64,000 nucleotides of DNA from Candidatus Omnitrophota bacterium (GCA_003598025.1 QZKH01000003.1:375221-439220); one strand, 5' to 3'. Counted from the first letter of the stretch, positions 41,012 to 49,847 are shown. The notes: generated from the letters alone by a model not told the origin. A program made the numbers and translations.

Positions 41012-41503
41012 TCATTTCAATTCAAACTCATTGGTCCTGGCTTCAAGCCACCGCCAATCCTTTGAATCATCGCTTTCTCTTATCTGGTAATTTAATATAA
41101 TACGGTACGTTCCGGGCTGCGCCAACCTGTTTTTGCCATTGTCCCCTTTGACATATACCTGCGGCTTCCATAAAATAATCGCGTTATTTTGCGGCTGCAT
41201 TGCAACCGGCGCATCAAAATCTATATCACATTCGGGCATGCTGCAATTGACTTCATACGCTGCCCAGGAACCGTCAGGCTCCTTCTTCTCAAGCCTGTTG
41301 ATGGCAAATTGAGGCGTAGAGCTGGCAGCGATACTGTAAATTACATCATCGCTCATATTTAAAAAAGTTATTTTTACATCTTGGCCTACATAGTAACTTT
41401 TTATATCTGTCTTTGCCTCTATTCCTTGGCCAAAAACGGCGCTGCCGGTAAAAAGCAGCGCTGCAAATGATGCCAAAACAATGCTAATTAGTATACACCT
41501 CAT
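41012..41503 (-). CDS. Hypothetical secreted protein (possibly Ig-like)
   Basis: Signal peptide, beta-strand-rich, PGTYRI motif; overlaps the miaA stop. Confidence 0.6.
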   Translation of the reverse strand: MRCILISIVLASFAALLFTGSAVFGQGIEAKTDIKSYYVGQDVKITFLNMSDDVIYSIAASSTPQFAINRLEKKEPDGSWAAYEVNCSMPECDIDFDAPVAMQPQNNAIILWKPQVYVKGDNGKNRLAQPGTYRIILNYQIRESDDSKDWRWLEARTNEFELK

Positions 41504-42492
41504 TTTGCCGCCCCCAAAAGCTTATTTATTCTTTCAGCAACAGACGAAGCCCTCTCCCCCGGCTTTAGCGTTACCCACTTTATCCTTTTATCCTTCCTAA
41601 ACCAGGTTAACTGCCTTTTGGCATAAAGCCGGCTGTTATGTTTCATACATTCTTTTGCCTCTTCAATGGAAATATCGGAATCGAAATATTTCTTTAATTC
41701 ATTTATCCCTATTGCATATCTGGCAGTTTTGCTTAATTTGTTTCTTAGCAACTTTTGCACCTCGTTTATAAGCCCAAGCCTGAACATTCTATCAACTCTT
41801 TTGTTTATCCGGTTGTAAAGAAATTTTCTGTCCATATTGATACAAAAAATCCTTACGTCATAATCGCTGTAAAGCCCGCTGCGCAGCTTTTGTAATTCTG
41901 ATATAGGCTTTCCTGTAGAAATATACACTTCAATAGCTCTTACAATGCGTCTGGTATCATTAGGGTGGATCTTAGCTGCAGCCGCAGGATCAATAAGCCT
42001 AAGCCTTTCATGCAACGCCGGGCTCCCTGTTTTTAAAGCCTCCGCATAAAGTTTATTTCTGACTTTCATATCTGGCCTGCCCTGCTGAAAGAGCCCGTCT
42101 ATTAATGCCGAAATATAGAGCCCGGTTCCGCCTACAAACAGCGGAACCTTGCCTTTTTTCAATATGCGCTCTATTATTTTTACTGCTTCGCTTCTAAATT
42201 TTGATACGCTATAATCCCTGGCCGCCGGCACCGTGCCGAACAGATGATGCCTGATACTTTTAAGTTGGAACGCCGTAGGTTTTGCTGTCAAAATATCCAT
42301 CCCTTTATAAACCTGCATCGAATCACAAGAGATTATCTCTGCGTTTATCTTTTTAGCCAGCGCAATTGAAATATCGGTTTTTCCGGACGCAGTAGGGCCG
42401 GCAAGAAAAATGATCTTTTCCTTCCCGGTACGGCTTTTTGCGCTTGTATTATAGTCCTTTGATACCGAAATCATGCTTTTACGGACGGCCAT
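41500..42492 (-). CDS. miaA: tRNA dimethylallyltransferase
   Basis: GPTASGKT, DSMQVY, VGGTGLY, YAKRQLTWF. Confidence 0.96.
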   Translation of the reverse strand: MAVRKSMISVSKDYNTSAKSRTGKEKIIFLAGPTASGKTDISIALAKKINAEIISCDSMQVYKGMDILTAKPTAFQLKSIRHHLFGTVPAARDYSVSKFRSEAVKIIERILKKGKVPLFVGGTGLYISALIDGLFQQGRPDMKVRNKLYAEALKTGSPALHERLRLIDPAAAAKIHPNDTRRIVRAIEVYISTGKPISELQKLRSGLYSDYDVRIFCINMDRKFLYNRINKRVDRMFRLGLINEVQKLLRNKLSKTARYAIGINELKKYFDSDISIEEAKECMKHNSRLYAKRQLTWFRKDKRIKWVTLKPGERASSVAERINKLLGAAK

Positions 42493-43250
42493 CAGGGGCA
42501 GATTTTGGTAGGATAACCTTCAGCGGACAGTTGCTTTCCCAGGCTTTCCGCATCCTGTTTTTCTGAAAGCTTGCCCACTCTTACACGATAAGAAGAGGAA
42601 GAATCAAGGGTCGCTTCTTCTATGTATGCAGAGTACCCTTTTTTAAGCAATTCCTGCACCAGGTTTTTGGCATTATCCTGGCTGGAAAATGCGCCCACCT
42701 GCACCGAATAATAAGTAACATCTTTTTTATCAATCAGGCAAAAATCCCTGTCATTCTTTTCTTCCAGGCTTAATGGAAATTCCGTTTTTAATTTTTCCGA
42801 ATATTCCTTGCCTTGAGCGGCATTGCCAAGCTTAAACCCGGTTTCGCTTAAACGGTAATAAATACGCGCGCGTAGCTCCTCATTACCCAATAGCTCTTTA
42901 TAAATCAAATCTGCCTTATTGTAATCTCCTCTTAAAAGATAAACATCCCCAAGCCCGAGCTTCGCTTTGTCTTTATACTTTGCAGGTTTTAATTCATTTA
43001 TAATTATTTCAAATATATCCGAGGCTCTTAAATAGTTTCCGTCTTGCAAATAGCTTAAACCAAGCAGATAATAAAGCTCATCAATACCGTAAGAAGAATG
43101 GTCTGAGGAAGATACCAATTTTTCTCCTTCTTTTATCGCTGCCTTATAATCCCCCTGGAGGTATTTGATCTTTATATTATCAAGGTTAAGGCCGTAAACG
43201 CCAGTTGAAACAAAGGCTAAAACCAGGAATAAAATTATAGTTATACGCAT
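42492..43250 (-). CDS. Secreted TPR + SPOR domain protein
   Basis: Signal peptide, TPR helices, YSVQVGAFSS..NA and YRVRVG SPOR motifs. Confidence 0.85.
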   Translation of the reverse strand: MRITIILFLVLAFVSTGVYGLNLDNIKIKYLQGDYKAAIKEGEKLVSSSDHSSYGIDELYYLLGLSYLQDGNYLRASDIFEIIINELKPAKYKDKAKLGLGDVYLLRGDYNKADLIYKELLGNEELRARIYYRLSETGFKLGNAAQGKEYSEKLKTEFPLSLEEKNDRDFCLIDKKDVTYYSVQVGAFSSQDNAKNLVQELLKKGYSAYIEEATLDSSSSYRVRVGKLSEKQDAESLGKQLSAEGYPTKICP

Positions 43251-43253
43251 AAC

Positions 43254-44486
43254 TTAACCCTTCGTGCTTTTGGAGATTTTCCTTTGTAAATCCAGGACCT
43301 TCTTATGCCTCATATTCTTTTCCTGCGCATCGATGTTATCGGCAAATTTTAAGGCTTCGGTATGAGGCCGCGGAGAATATTTGAATATGTAGGCTGAGTT
43401 AAATTCAACTTCTTTGACTAAATTGTAGGTATCCATAAAATCTTCTTCGGATTCACTGGGAAAGCCTACGATAACATCAGTAGTTAATACCCCATTTTTA
43501 ACTATTTTACGATAATTAGACACTAAATCCAAATAGAATTTTCTGGTATAACCCCTATTCATCAAATTAAGTATCTTATCAGAACCTGACTGCACCGGCA
43601 AGTGCAGTGATTTCTTGAGCTTGTCAAAGCCTGCCACTGCCTTAAAAAGTTCATTTGTTGTATCCCTAGGATGCGAAGTAAGGAAACTAAATTCCTTTAG
43701 CCCTTTAACCCTATTAACCATTTCCAATAATTTAACAAAATCTATGAACTCTGAACCATGAACTATGAACTTATAGGCGTTTACGTTCTGCCCCAATAGT
43801 GTAATACTCGTTATTCCTTTATCAATTGCCTGCTCAATTTCCTTGATTATATCCTCTGGCTTTCGCGAACGCAAATTTCCCCTGACATAAGGGACAACAC
43901 AATAAGAACAATAATTTTCGCAGCCTTCTGAAATTACCACAAAAGCATGATTCTTATCCGCATAAAATCCGGTATGATAAATCTCATCGGGCCTCACCAG
44001 ACTATCCGTTTCCCAAATTTTCTTCTCAAACATGCTTTTACCATTAACCATGAACTGTGAACCATGAACAAGTATCTCTATTATCCCCGGTATCTTATGT
44101 ATATCCGTTGGGCCAACAACAAAATCCACATTAGGCGCTATCTCAAAAACCTTATCTTTATAATTCTGCGCCATACACCCCACAAGGCCAATTATTGGTG
44201 ACTTTGTGACTTTGTGACTTTGTGACTCATTTTTGTAGGCACCTATCTGGCTCCAGACCCTATCCTCCGCATGCTGCCTAACCGCGCAGGTATTCAGGAT
44301 TATTACATCAGCAGCCTTAGGATCAGTTGATAGTTCATAGTTCATAGATCGTAACAAACCAGCGATAACCTCCGAATCCCGCGCATTCATTTGACATCCG
44401 AAGGTGCGCAAAAGCACTCGTAACTTCTTCTCGCTTTTGCCCCCGGAATTGCCTGATTTGTCGTCTTTTCGCTCATTTTCAACCAT
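43254..44486 (-). CDS. miaB: tRNA-2-methylthio-N6-dimethylallyladenosine synthase; N-terminus apparently element-derived; no TRAM domain
   Basis: TFGCQMN, NTCAVR, GCMAQ, radical SAM CENYCSYC, LGQNVNAY, HLPVQSGS, FKYSPRP. Confidence 0.9.
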   Translation of the reverse strand: MVENERKDDKSGNSGGKSEKKLRVLLRTFGCQMNARDSEVIAGLLRSMNYELSTDPKAADVIILNTCAVRQHAEDRVWSQIGAYKNESQSHKVTKSPIIGLVGCMAQNYKDKVFEIAPNVDFVVGPTDIHKIPGIIEILVHGSQFMVNGKSMFEKKIWETDSLVRPDEIYHTGFYADKNHAFVVISEGCENYCSYCVVPYVRGNLRSRKPEDIIKEIEQAIDKGITSITLLGQNVNAYKFIVHGSEFIDFVKLLEMVNRVKGLKEFSFLTSHPRDTTNELFKAVAGFDKLKKSLHLPVQSGSDKILNLMNRGYTRKFYLDLVSNYRKIVKNGVLTTDVIVGFPSESEEDFMDTYNLVKEVEFNSAYIFKYSPRPHTEALKFADNIDAQEKNMRHKKVLDLQRKISKSTKG

Positions 44487-46066
44487 TTTGTCCCCTCTTC
44501 ATAGCAAGTCTTCCACGGCTCATTCAGCTCGAACTTCACGATCTCCTGATTCTGGATGTGAATCGACTTGAAGATGATCCGCATAAAGGTTTTGACCAGA
44601 TAATCCAACTGGTGGTCATCCGGCGTGTTCCGCAACCTCAAAAGGAAATCCTGCGTCGCCTTAACAAGGTTTGCGGAATTGCGCTTATCCAGAATCTTGA
44701 GCTGAATCGCCTTGATATCCTGCTTTAGTTTTTTCTCTTCATTACTTAAAAGCTCTGCTCTTTCCTTGTAGAGCGCAAGATTAATCTTATCCTCCGAGAA
44801 AAGCTCGTAAATCCCCCGTTGCTTCTCAATATTTTTCTTAAGATGCGCTTCCTTCTCCTCCAATTGTTCAATGTATAATTGCTCCGGCTCAGAAGCGCTT
44901 AATTTGATCATGTCACCCAACTCCTCGATGACATGGATATTCTTTCGGATGACTTCAATAATATCCCATATCGGCCTATTGAGCGCGTCAGCCGTAACCG
45001 ATTTATTATTGCACTTAATATGCGGAATGCCCTTCGATGAGCAACGATACCACGGCCTGCGCATCTTGGTGCGATGATTAACGGTAGACATAATTCCGCG
45101 ATAATTACCGCCGCATTCATTGCACTTTATGATTCCAGAAAGATGATAAACATTATTTCTAAACCTAACCACGCCATTGGTGCGGTTCCGTTTAAGAAGC
45201 TCTCTTGCCTCGTCAAAATCTTTTTGCGTGATGATCGCCTCGTGGGTATTGAATACTTCAATAATCTTCGAGGGATCGTTATTCACATACTTATACCCTT
45301 TACCTTCGCCGTTCTTAGTTTTCTCTTTTGTGTTGTAGCGGCGACGGTTCCACACCAGCATGCCCAGATAAACTTTGCTCTGCAGAATATTGGAGATGAA
45401 TTTGTTATAAAACCGGCCTCCCTGCCGCGATGGAATCCCGAGAGCGTAATAATGCCCGGCAATCTGCGAAGTGCTTTTGCCGCTGATATACATCGCATAA
45501 ATCTCTTTAACGATCTTTGCTTCCTCCGGATGGACTTCCAGTTTCTTGGCGTCTTTATTATATCTGTAGCCATACGGCGCATACCTCGCGCCCTGCCAGT
45601 GGCCACGCTTAACCCCTACGACCATGCCGGGAAATACGCGCTCAACCAGACGATTGCGTTCAAACTCTGCGCAACTACCAAGCATCTGAATCGCCATCTT
45701 TCCCGCGCTGGACGTAGTATCAAACGGTTCGGTGGCTGATTTATATCCGATACCAAGTGAATCAAACTCCTCAAGCAATCCCAGCAGATCCTTGAGCCGC
45801 CTGCTTAAACGATCTTGTTTGTAGACCAAAACAAGATCAAATTGTTTATTACGCGCGTCAAACAAAAGCCGCTGAAGCGCCGGTCTGTCCATATTCCCGC
45901 CGGAATAGCCATCATCCACATAAACATCCCTGCCTGACATGGTACAAATAACATCCCAGGTGAAATTTTTCGCGTATTGCAAAAGATATGCCCTCTGAAC
46001 CTCCAGCGAAAAGCCTTCCCGCGCCTGATCCTCTGTGCTGACTCTTGTATATAACGCTACTCTCAT
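44387..46066 (-). CDS. Large serine recombinase (integrase)
   Basis: YTRVST catalytic Ser, DDGYSG, RPALQRL, DRLSR, APYGY recombinase domain, CNEC zinc ribbon, coiled coil. Confidence 0.95.
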   Translation of the reverse strand: MRVALYTRVSTEDQAREGFSLEVQRAYLLQYAKNFTWDVICTMSGRDVYVDDGYSGGNMDRPALQRLLFDARNKQFDLVLVYKQDRLSRRLKDLLGLLEEFDSLGIGYKSATEPFDTTSSAGKMAIQMLGSCAEFERNRLVERVFPGMVVGVKRGHWQGARYAPYGYRYNKDAKKLEVHPEEAKIVKEIYAMYISGKSTSQIAGHYYALGIPSRQGGRFYNKFISNILQSKVYLGMLVWNRRRYNTKEKTKNGEGKGYKYVNNDPSKIIEVFNTHEAIITQKDFDEARELLKRNRTNGVVRFRNNVYHLSGIIKCNECGGNYRGIMSTVNHRTKMRRPWYRCSSKGIPHIKCNNKSVTADALNRPIWDIIEVIRKNIHVIEELGDMIKLSASEPEQLYIEQLEEKEAHLKKNIEKQRGIYELFSEDKINLALYKERAELLSNEEKKLKQDIKAIQLKILDKRNSANLVKATQDFLLRLRNTPDDHQLDYLVKTFMRIIFKSIHIQNQEIVKFELNEPWKTCYEEGTKWLKMSEKTTNQAIPGAKARRSYECFCAPSDVK

Positions 46067-46067
46067 T

Positions 46068-46838
46068 TTATACCCTTTGCGCCTTACGTAATTCTATGAA
46101 CTCCTCATCGCTAATTTCCTTATTTTCATAAACAGTTTCATCCCGTAATAAATTTTGTCCTTTGACCGTTTCAACACGATGTCCGTAGCCAGTTAAAATA
46201 CAATGTGGGATTATCATTTCCTTAACAAACGGATTTTCCTCAGCAGTCTTCTTTATATATATTTCACCAGGTGACCAGAAATAGATATCTTCTCTTGCGC
46301 CTACCGCAAAAAAATATGTCGTAATATCATAAATTATTTTTAAAGCGCTTAAAGTTTTGGCCTCAATGTCTTCCAGCTTATTAAAATGAATAACTTCGTG
46401 CCGAATATCTTTAAGCTCCATATACTTCACTTTTATCTCATCTGAGATAATTACCTTCCAATCACATAATATGTCTACCGATTTCGACCAATCATCGAAT
46501 GAATCTTTTCTATATATATGCTTGTAGTGTTCACTAGATTTATAATGATCTCGAAGTCGCAGTAAAAGAATATTAAAAATCCTTTCGCCCAAACAACATG
46601 CGGAGGTTAATGCGGGATAATATAAACCATAAATGAAGCAATCCTCTATTTCTTGCAGTAAATCATGATATTCAGTAATTACCCGTAACGAAGGTGGCTT
46701 AAAAGACATATATCTCTCAAATTTTTCATCAAGATTCAAATCGCCGTAACGACTAGCAACATGCTGTTTTATTTCCTGCGGCACAGGAATATTTCTAATG
46801 CAATCAATAAAGAAATTTGTTGCCCTATATCGCTTCAT
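46068..46838 (-). CDS. Hypothetical protein with HEPN-like RX4H motif
   Basis: Helical protein with YYPALTSACCLGE and ..IRHEVIH; AT-rich relative to neighbours. Confidence 0.55.
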   Translation of the reverse strand: MKRYRATNFFIDCIRNIPVPQEIKQHVASRYGDLNLDEKFERYMSFKPPSLRVITEYHDLLQEIEDCFIYGLYYPALTSACCLGERIFNILLLRLRDHYKSSEHYKHIYRKDSFDDWSKSVDILCDWKVIISDEIKVKYMELKDIRHEVIHFNKLEDIEAKTLSALKIIYDITTYFFAVGAREDIYFWSPGEIYIKKTAEENPFVKEMIIPHCILTGYGHRVETVKGQNLLRDETVYENKEISDEEFIELRKAQRV

Positions 46839-46845
46839 CCCTAAA

Positions 46846-47040
46846 TCACCCTTCTTTTAACGTCTCCCGCCACTCTTTAATCTTGGCGATACACTCATCC
46901 GTAAACACCGGCCAGTCTTTATAATCGCGTTTGGGTTTGACCCAGCCTTTGCGGATCCAATTGATCATGGTCTGGCGGTGCACACCCAACATCTTTGCAG
47001 TCTCTGTCATGGTGTAAGTTTTCATATTTGGCATCCTCAA
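46846..47040 (-). CDS. Small MerR-like HTH protein (excisionase/RDF-like)
   Basis: YTMTETAKMLGVHRQTMINWIRKG HTH, close to the integrase. Confidence 0.75.
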   Translation of the reverse strand: MRMPNMKTYTMTETAKMLGVHRQTMINWIRKGWVKPKRDYKDWPVFTDECIAKIKEWRETLKEG

Positions 47041-47073
47041 CTATTGGTGCCCAGTATACCGTAATATACAACC

Positions 47074-47295
47074 TTATACAAGTGGTTTTTTCTCCGCGGA
47101 ATAAATCGTCATAAACATTTTTGCAAGCGTTTCAATCCCCTCAAAGAATGACTTTCGGGCTTCTTGGATTTCGGCACAAGACAAACCGCGGCTTTTAAGC
47201 TTTATCTCTAAAGCCTCCCAGCCCCGCAGGGTAACCGCCTGATCCTTATTTGTGCTTACATCCTTGTCCATTTTTCCCACTGCCCAATAGGACAT
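47074..47295 (-). CDS. Small hypothetical protein
   Basis: Short co-oriented ORF between the ori-like region and the HTH gene; start may be 47271. Confidence 0.45.
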   Translation of the reverse strand: MSYWAVGKMDKDVSTNKDQAVTLRGWEALEIKLKSRGLSCAEIQEARKSFFEGIETLAKMFMTIYSAEKKPLV

Positions 47296-47716
47296 TCGGA
47301 CATCGCAAATGTCCGGTTGTGTCCGGTTTTACTGACATACTGACATCCAAAATGTCAGAGGATGTCAGTCAAAACGCCATCCAAAACCCATGAAATCCCC
47401 CAAATTTGACCTTTTTCCCTCAAAAAACGCCTATTTCAGCAACTTTTGACCCGATTTTAACGTTCTCCCGATAACCCCATATGACATGACATCGCTTTTT
47501 TAAAATTTTGTATCACTGACAAACTGCGCCTCGCCCGACCCGCGGCCGACACCTCCTTGGAAGGACCCGTGAACCGGCCTTAAGCTACCAGTGACAACAA
47601 TGACATTTTTTCTCATGGTTATCTTTTTACTTCCCGCACTCAATCCTCCTGCTCCTTACTCCCAACCTACGAACACAATTAATGAAAATTTCTGTCATAA
47701 TCGTCATAGCTGTCAT
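47290..47716. other. Putative replication origin/packaging region with GACA iteron-like repeats
   Basis: Convergent doublets GGACAT x2/TGTCC x2 and CTGACAT x2/ATGTCAG x2, plus further TGACA/TGTCA copies, immediately downstream of the primase-helicase gene. Confidence 0.55.
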
Positions 47717-49845
47717 TAGAATGGCCGCTCCGAATAATCAACCTCACCCTCCTTGCGGATGCGTATGCCGTCCCATCGACGCGATGCGCCACACCGCCCT
47801 CTATTGATAACGGTATATTGACGCAAGATCTCTCGGCCAAACATGATCTTGCTAAGCGGACGGTATTCGCTCTCAAGGCACCAGTCCCGGTAAGCCACAT
47901 ACAGGGCGTCATAGCTTACGTCTGCCTGAGCATCCAAAATGCACTGCTCCTCAACGAAAATAATGACGTTATTGTTCTCCTTGCGATAGGCGTCCTTCAC
48001 GGTCTGCATCGATGCGCTCTCCTCGAAATACCCGCGTTTTCGTAAACGCGTAAGGCCGTTAAGAGACCACAAGAAAATACCGTCCAATTCACTGGCCACG
48101 ATCTTGTGCTTTAACTTGGGATCACGTTCCTCTATGGAAAACTGCCGGTTAAAAGGAAGAATCAAAAGACGCCGGTAATACCCTTCGGTCTTATCCCCCA
48201 CGCGCGGCATGTTATTAGTTGAGAAAAGAAGCTTGCAGTAAGGTTTGAACTGAAACGGCTGGCCGTATTTTTCGTCAGCGGAGATCGTATCGCCGGTCAC
48301 GATCGCCTTGAACATGTTGTCATAGACATTTGTCTTGGCATTGGTTTCAAGGCTGATATTGACCAGTTTGTCCCGAAGCCGGGCGATGTAATGGGAATCG
48401 TTAAACTTCTCAAGCGGAATGGATGAGCAATTATCCTTGCCGATAAGCTCCTCGAGTACATACAAAACAACGCTCTTGCCGTTGGCCCCCTCGCCAAACA
48501 AAAAGAGCGCCTTTTCATAATCATTGTCTCGGGTGAGGCAATAGCCGAAATACTCCTGCAAAAGCATAATCCGGGCCGCGTCGCTTTCGAATATCTGATC
48601 AAGACTCTTCTGCCACAACAAACACTCGGCGTTCTCGCGATATGTCACATTAAGCTGGTTGATGGAATAGACGTCCGCCGAATGCGGCAAGAGCTTCATC
48701 TTGTCGATGTCATAAAGCCCGTTTTTGACATTAAAGAGCGTGATGCCATTAATGATGTCCGGCTTGATGAAAGTCTCGGTCTTAAGAGCAACCAGAACAT
48801 TGCGAAGCTTGCTCGCCGAAAACCCGGCCCCGCACGCATCCTTGATCCACTTCTGAACCTCCTCGATAAAGAGCGGCCGGTAACATCCGCCTTTATATTC
48901 GTAATAGGTGTCAGCGAAGTTGATTAGCCGATGATGTTTGAGGATTTCGTCAGCGACCTCATTGGCATTAACCTTTCTGGCTATCAGCAGGCTTGGTCGC
49001 GATGGCGTATAAACCTCACGACAATCATTCACCGCCTTTTCGATAACCGACTGACCATAAGTCCGGCCATCTCCGAAATGCTTTTCATCCCACTTGGGCC
49101 GCATAAGGCCGGACTGCCGGAATAACGCATCCATCTGCCCGGAGTCTTTGCCTGTCCAAAACGCCAGCTTATTGCAGAGTGCCAGATCCGCTTCACTTTG
49201 AGAGGGATAATCATTCTGCCATTGGCCGGAATAAAGCCGCTGAAATCTCTCCGCGTCTTTGCTCTTGGCGATTAAGGAAAGGATCTCGTTCGCGGGAGCT
49301 TTATCTACAAACCGACCGAATATGTCTTTAAGCGCATCGGTACATTCTTTCAGTTCAGCCGGATAGTTTTCAAGGCGGTTGCCGGTAACGGTAAAGAATC
49401 GGCCCTTTGTATAAATCTCCAAGCCGATCTTTGAAATCTTGCAGGCCCGGGCAATCTTGCCCTTACAAAGAATATGAATACCGGTGCCGCTTGGCGAATA
49501 CTCGGAATAGGAATTTAGCGCCTTGAGAATCTCAACCGCATAAGGCACGATGGCTCCATCTTTGACGCAATGATCGATATCCACGCCCACATATGGTGGC
49601 TGGAATACAAAGCCTACTCCCGCATACCCGCGCTGAAGCGCAAGATCGCTTGCGGTCGTATAATCCGTCCATGTGCTTGGATCGTTTGTTTTGGCAGGAC
49701 GTCCGCTCAGGACGTTCATCGGGACCTTGTCGGTGCGGTCTTTATTGCGCCTAAGCTCGTACCCAACCCAACAAGACAATTTGAGCAGTTCCTGAGGAAT
49801 AACCTCTTCCATCGTTCTCTTCTCTTTTCTTCTCTCGTCTTCCAT
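47716..49845 (-). CDS. Primase-polymerase (AEP) fused to P4/D5-type SF3 helicase
   Basis: VGVDIDHC, EYSPSGTGIH, RFFTVTG, SQSEAD, GEGANGKS Walker A, FSTNNMP, RRLLILPF. Confidence 0.9.
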   Translation of the reverse strand: MEDERRKEKRTMEEVIPQELLKLSCWVGYELRRNKDRTDKVPMNVLSGRPAKTNDPSTWTDYTTASDLALQRGYAGVGFVFQPPYVGVDIDHCVKDGAIVPYAVEILKALNSYSEYSPSGTGIHILCKGKIARACKISKIGLEIYTKGRFFTVTGNRLENYPAELKECTDALKDIFGRFVDKAPANEILSLIAKSKDAERFQRLYSGQWQNDYPSQSEADLALCNKLAFWTGKDSGQMDALFRQSGLMRPKWDEKHFGDGRTYGQSVIEKAVNDCREVYTPSRPSLLIARKVNANEVADEILKHHRLINFADTYYEYKGGCYRPLFIEEVQKWIKDACGAGFSASKLRNVLVALKTETFIKPDIINGITLFNVKNGLYDIDKMKLLPHSADVYSINQLNVTYRENAECLLWQKSLDQIFESDAARIMLLQEYFGYCLTRDNDYEKALFLFGEGANGKSVVLYVLEELIGKDNCSSIPLEKFNDSHYIARLRDKLVNISLETNAKTNVYDNMFKAIVTGDTISADEKYGQPFQFKPYCKLLFSTNNMPRVGDKTEGYYRRLLILPFNRQFSIEERDPKLKHKIVASELDGIFLWSLNGLTRLRKRGYFEESASMQTVKDAYRKENNNVIIFVEEQCILDAQADVSYDALYVAYRDWCLESEYRPLSKIMFGREILRQYTVINRGRCGASRRWDGIRIRKEGEVDYSERPF

Positions 49846-49847
49846 CG

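Noticed and set aside
43254-44486. Calling miaB a pseudogene disrupted by the insertion
   Set aside because: The frame is intact, all Fe-S Cys motifs are present, and an ATG with RBS is supplied within the integrase gene.
47679-47912. 77-aa minus-strand ORF overlapping the primase 3' end
   Set aside because: It lies out of frame within the primase gene and its tail simply translates the iteron repeats.
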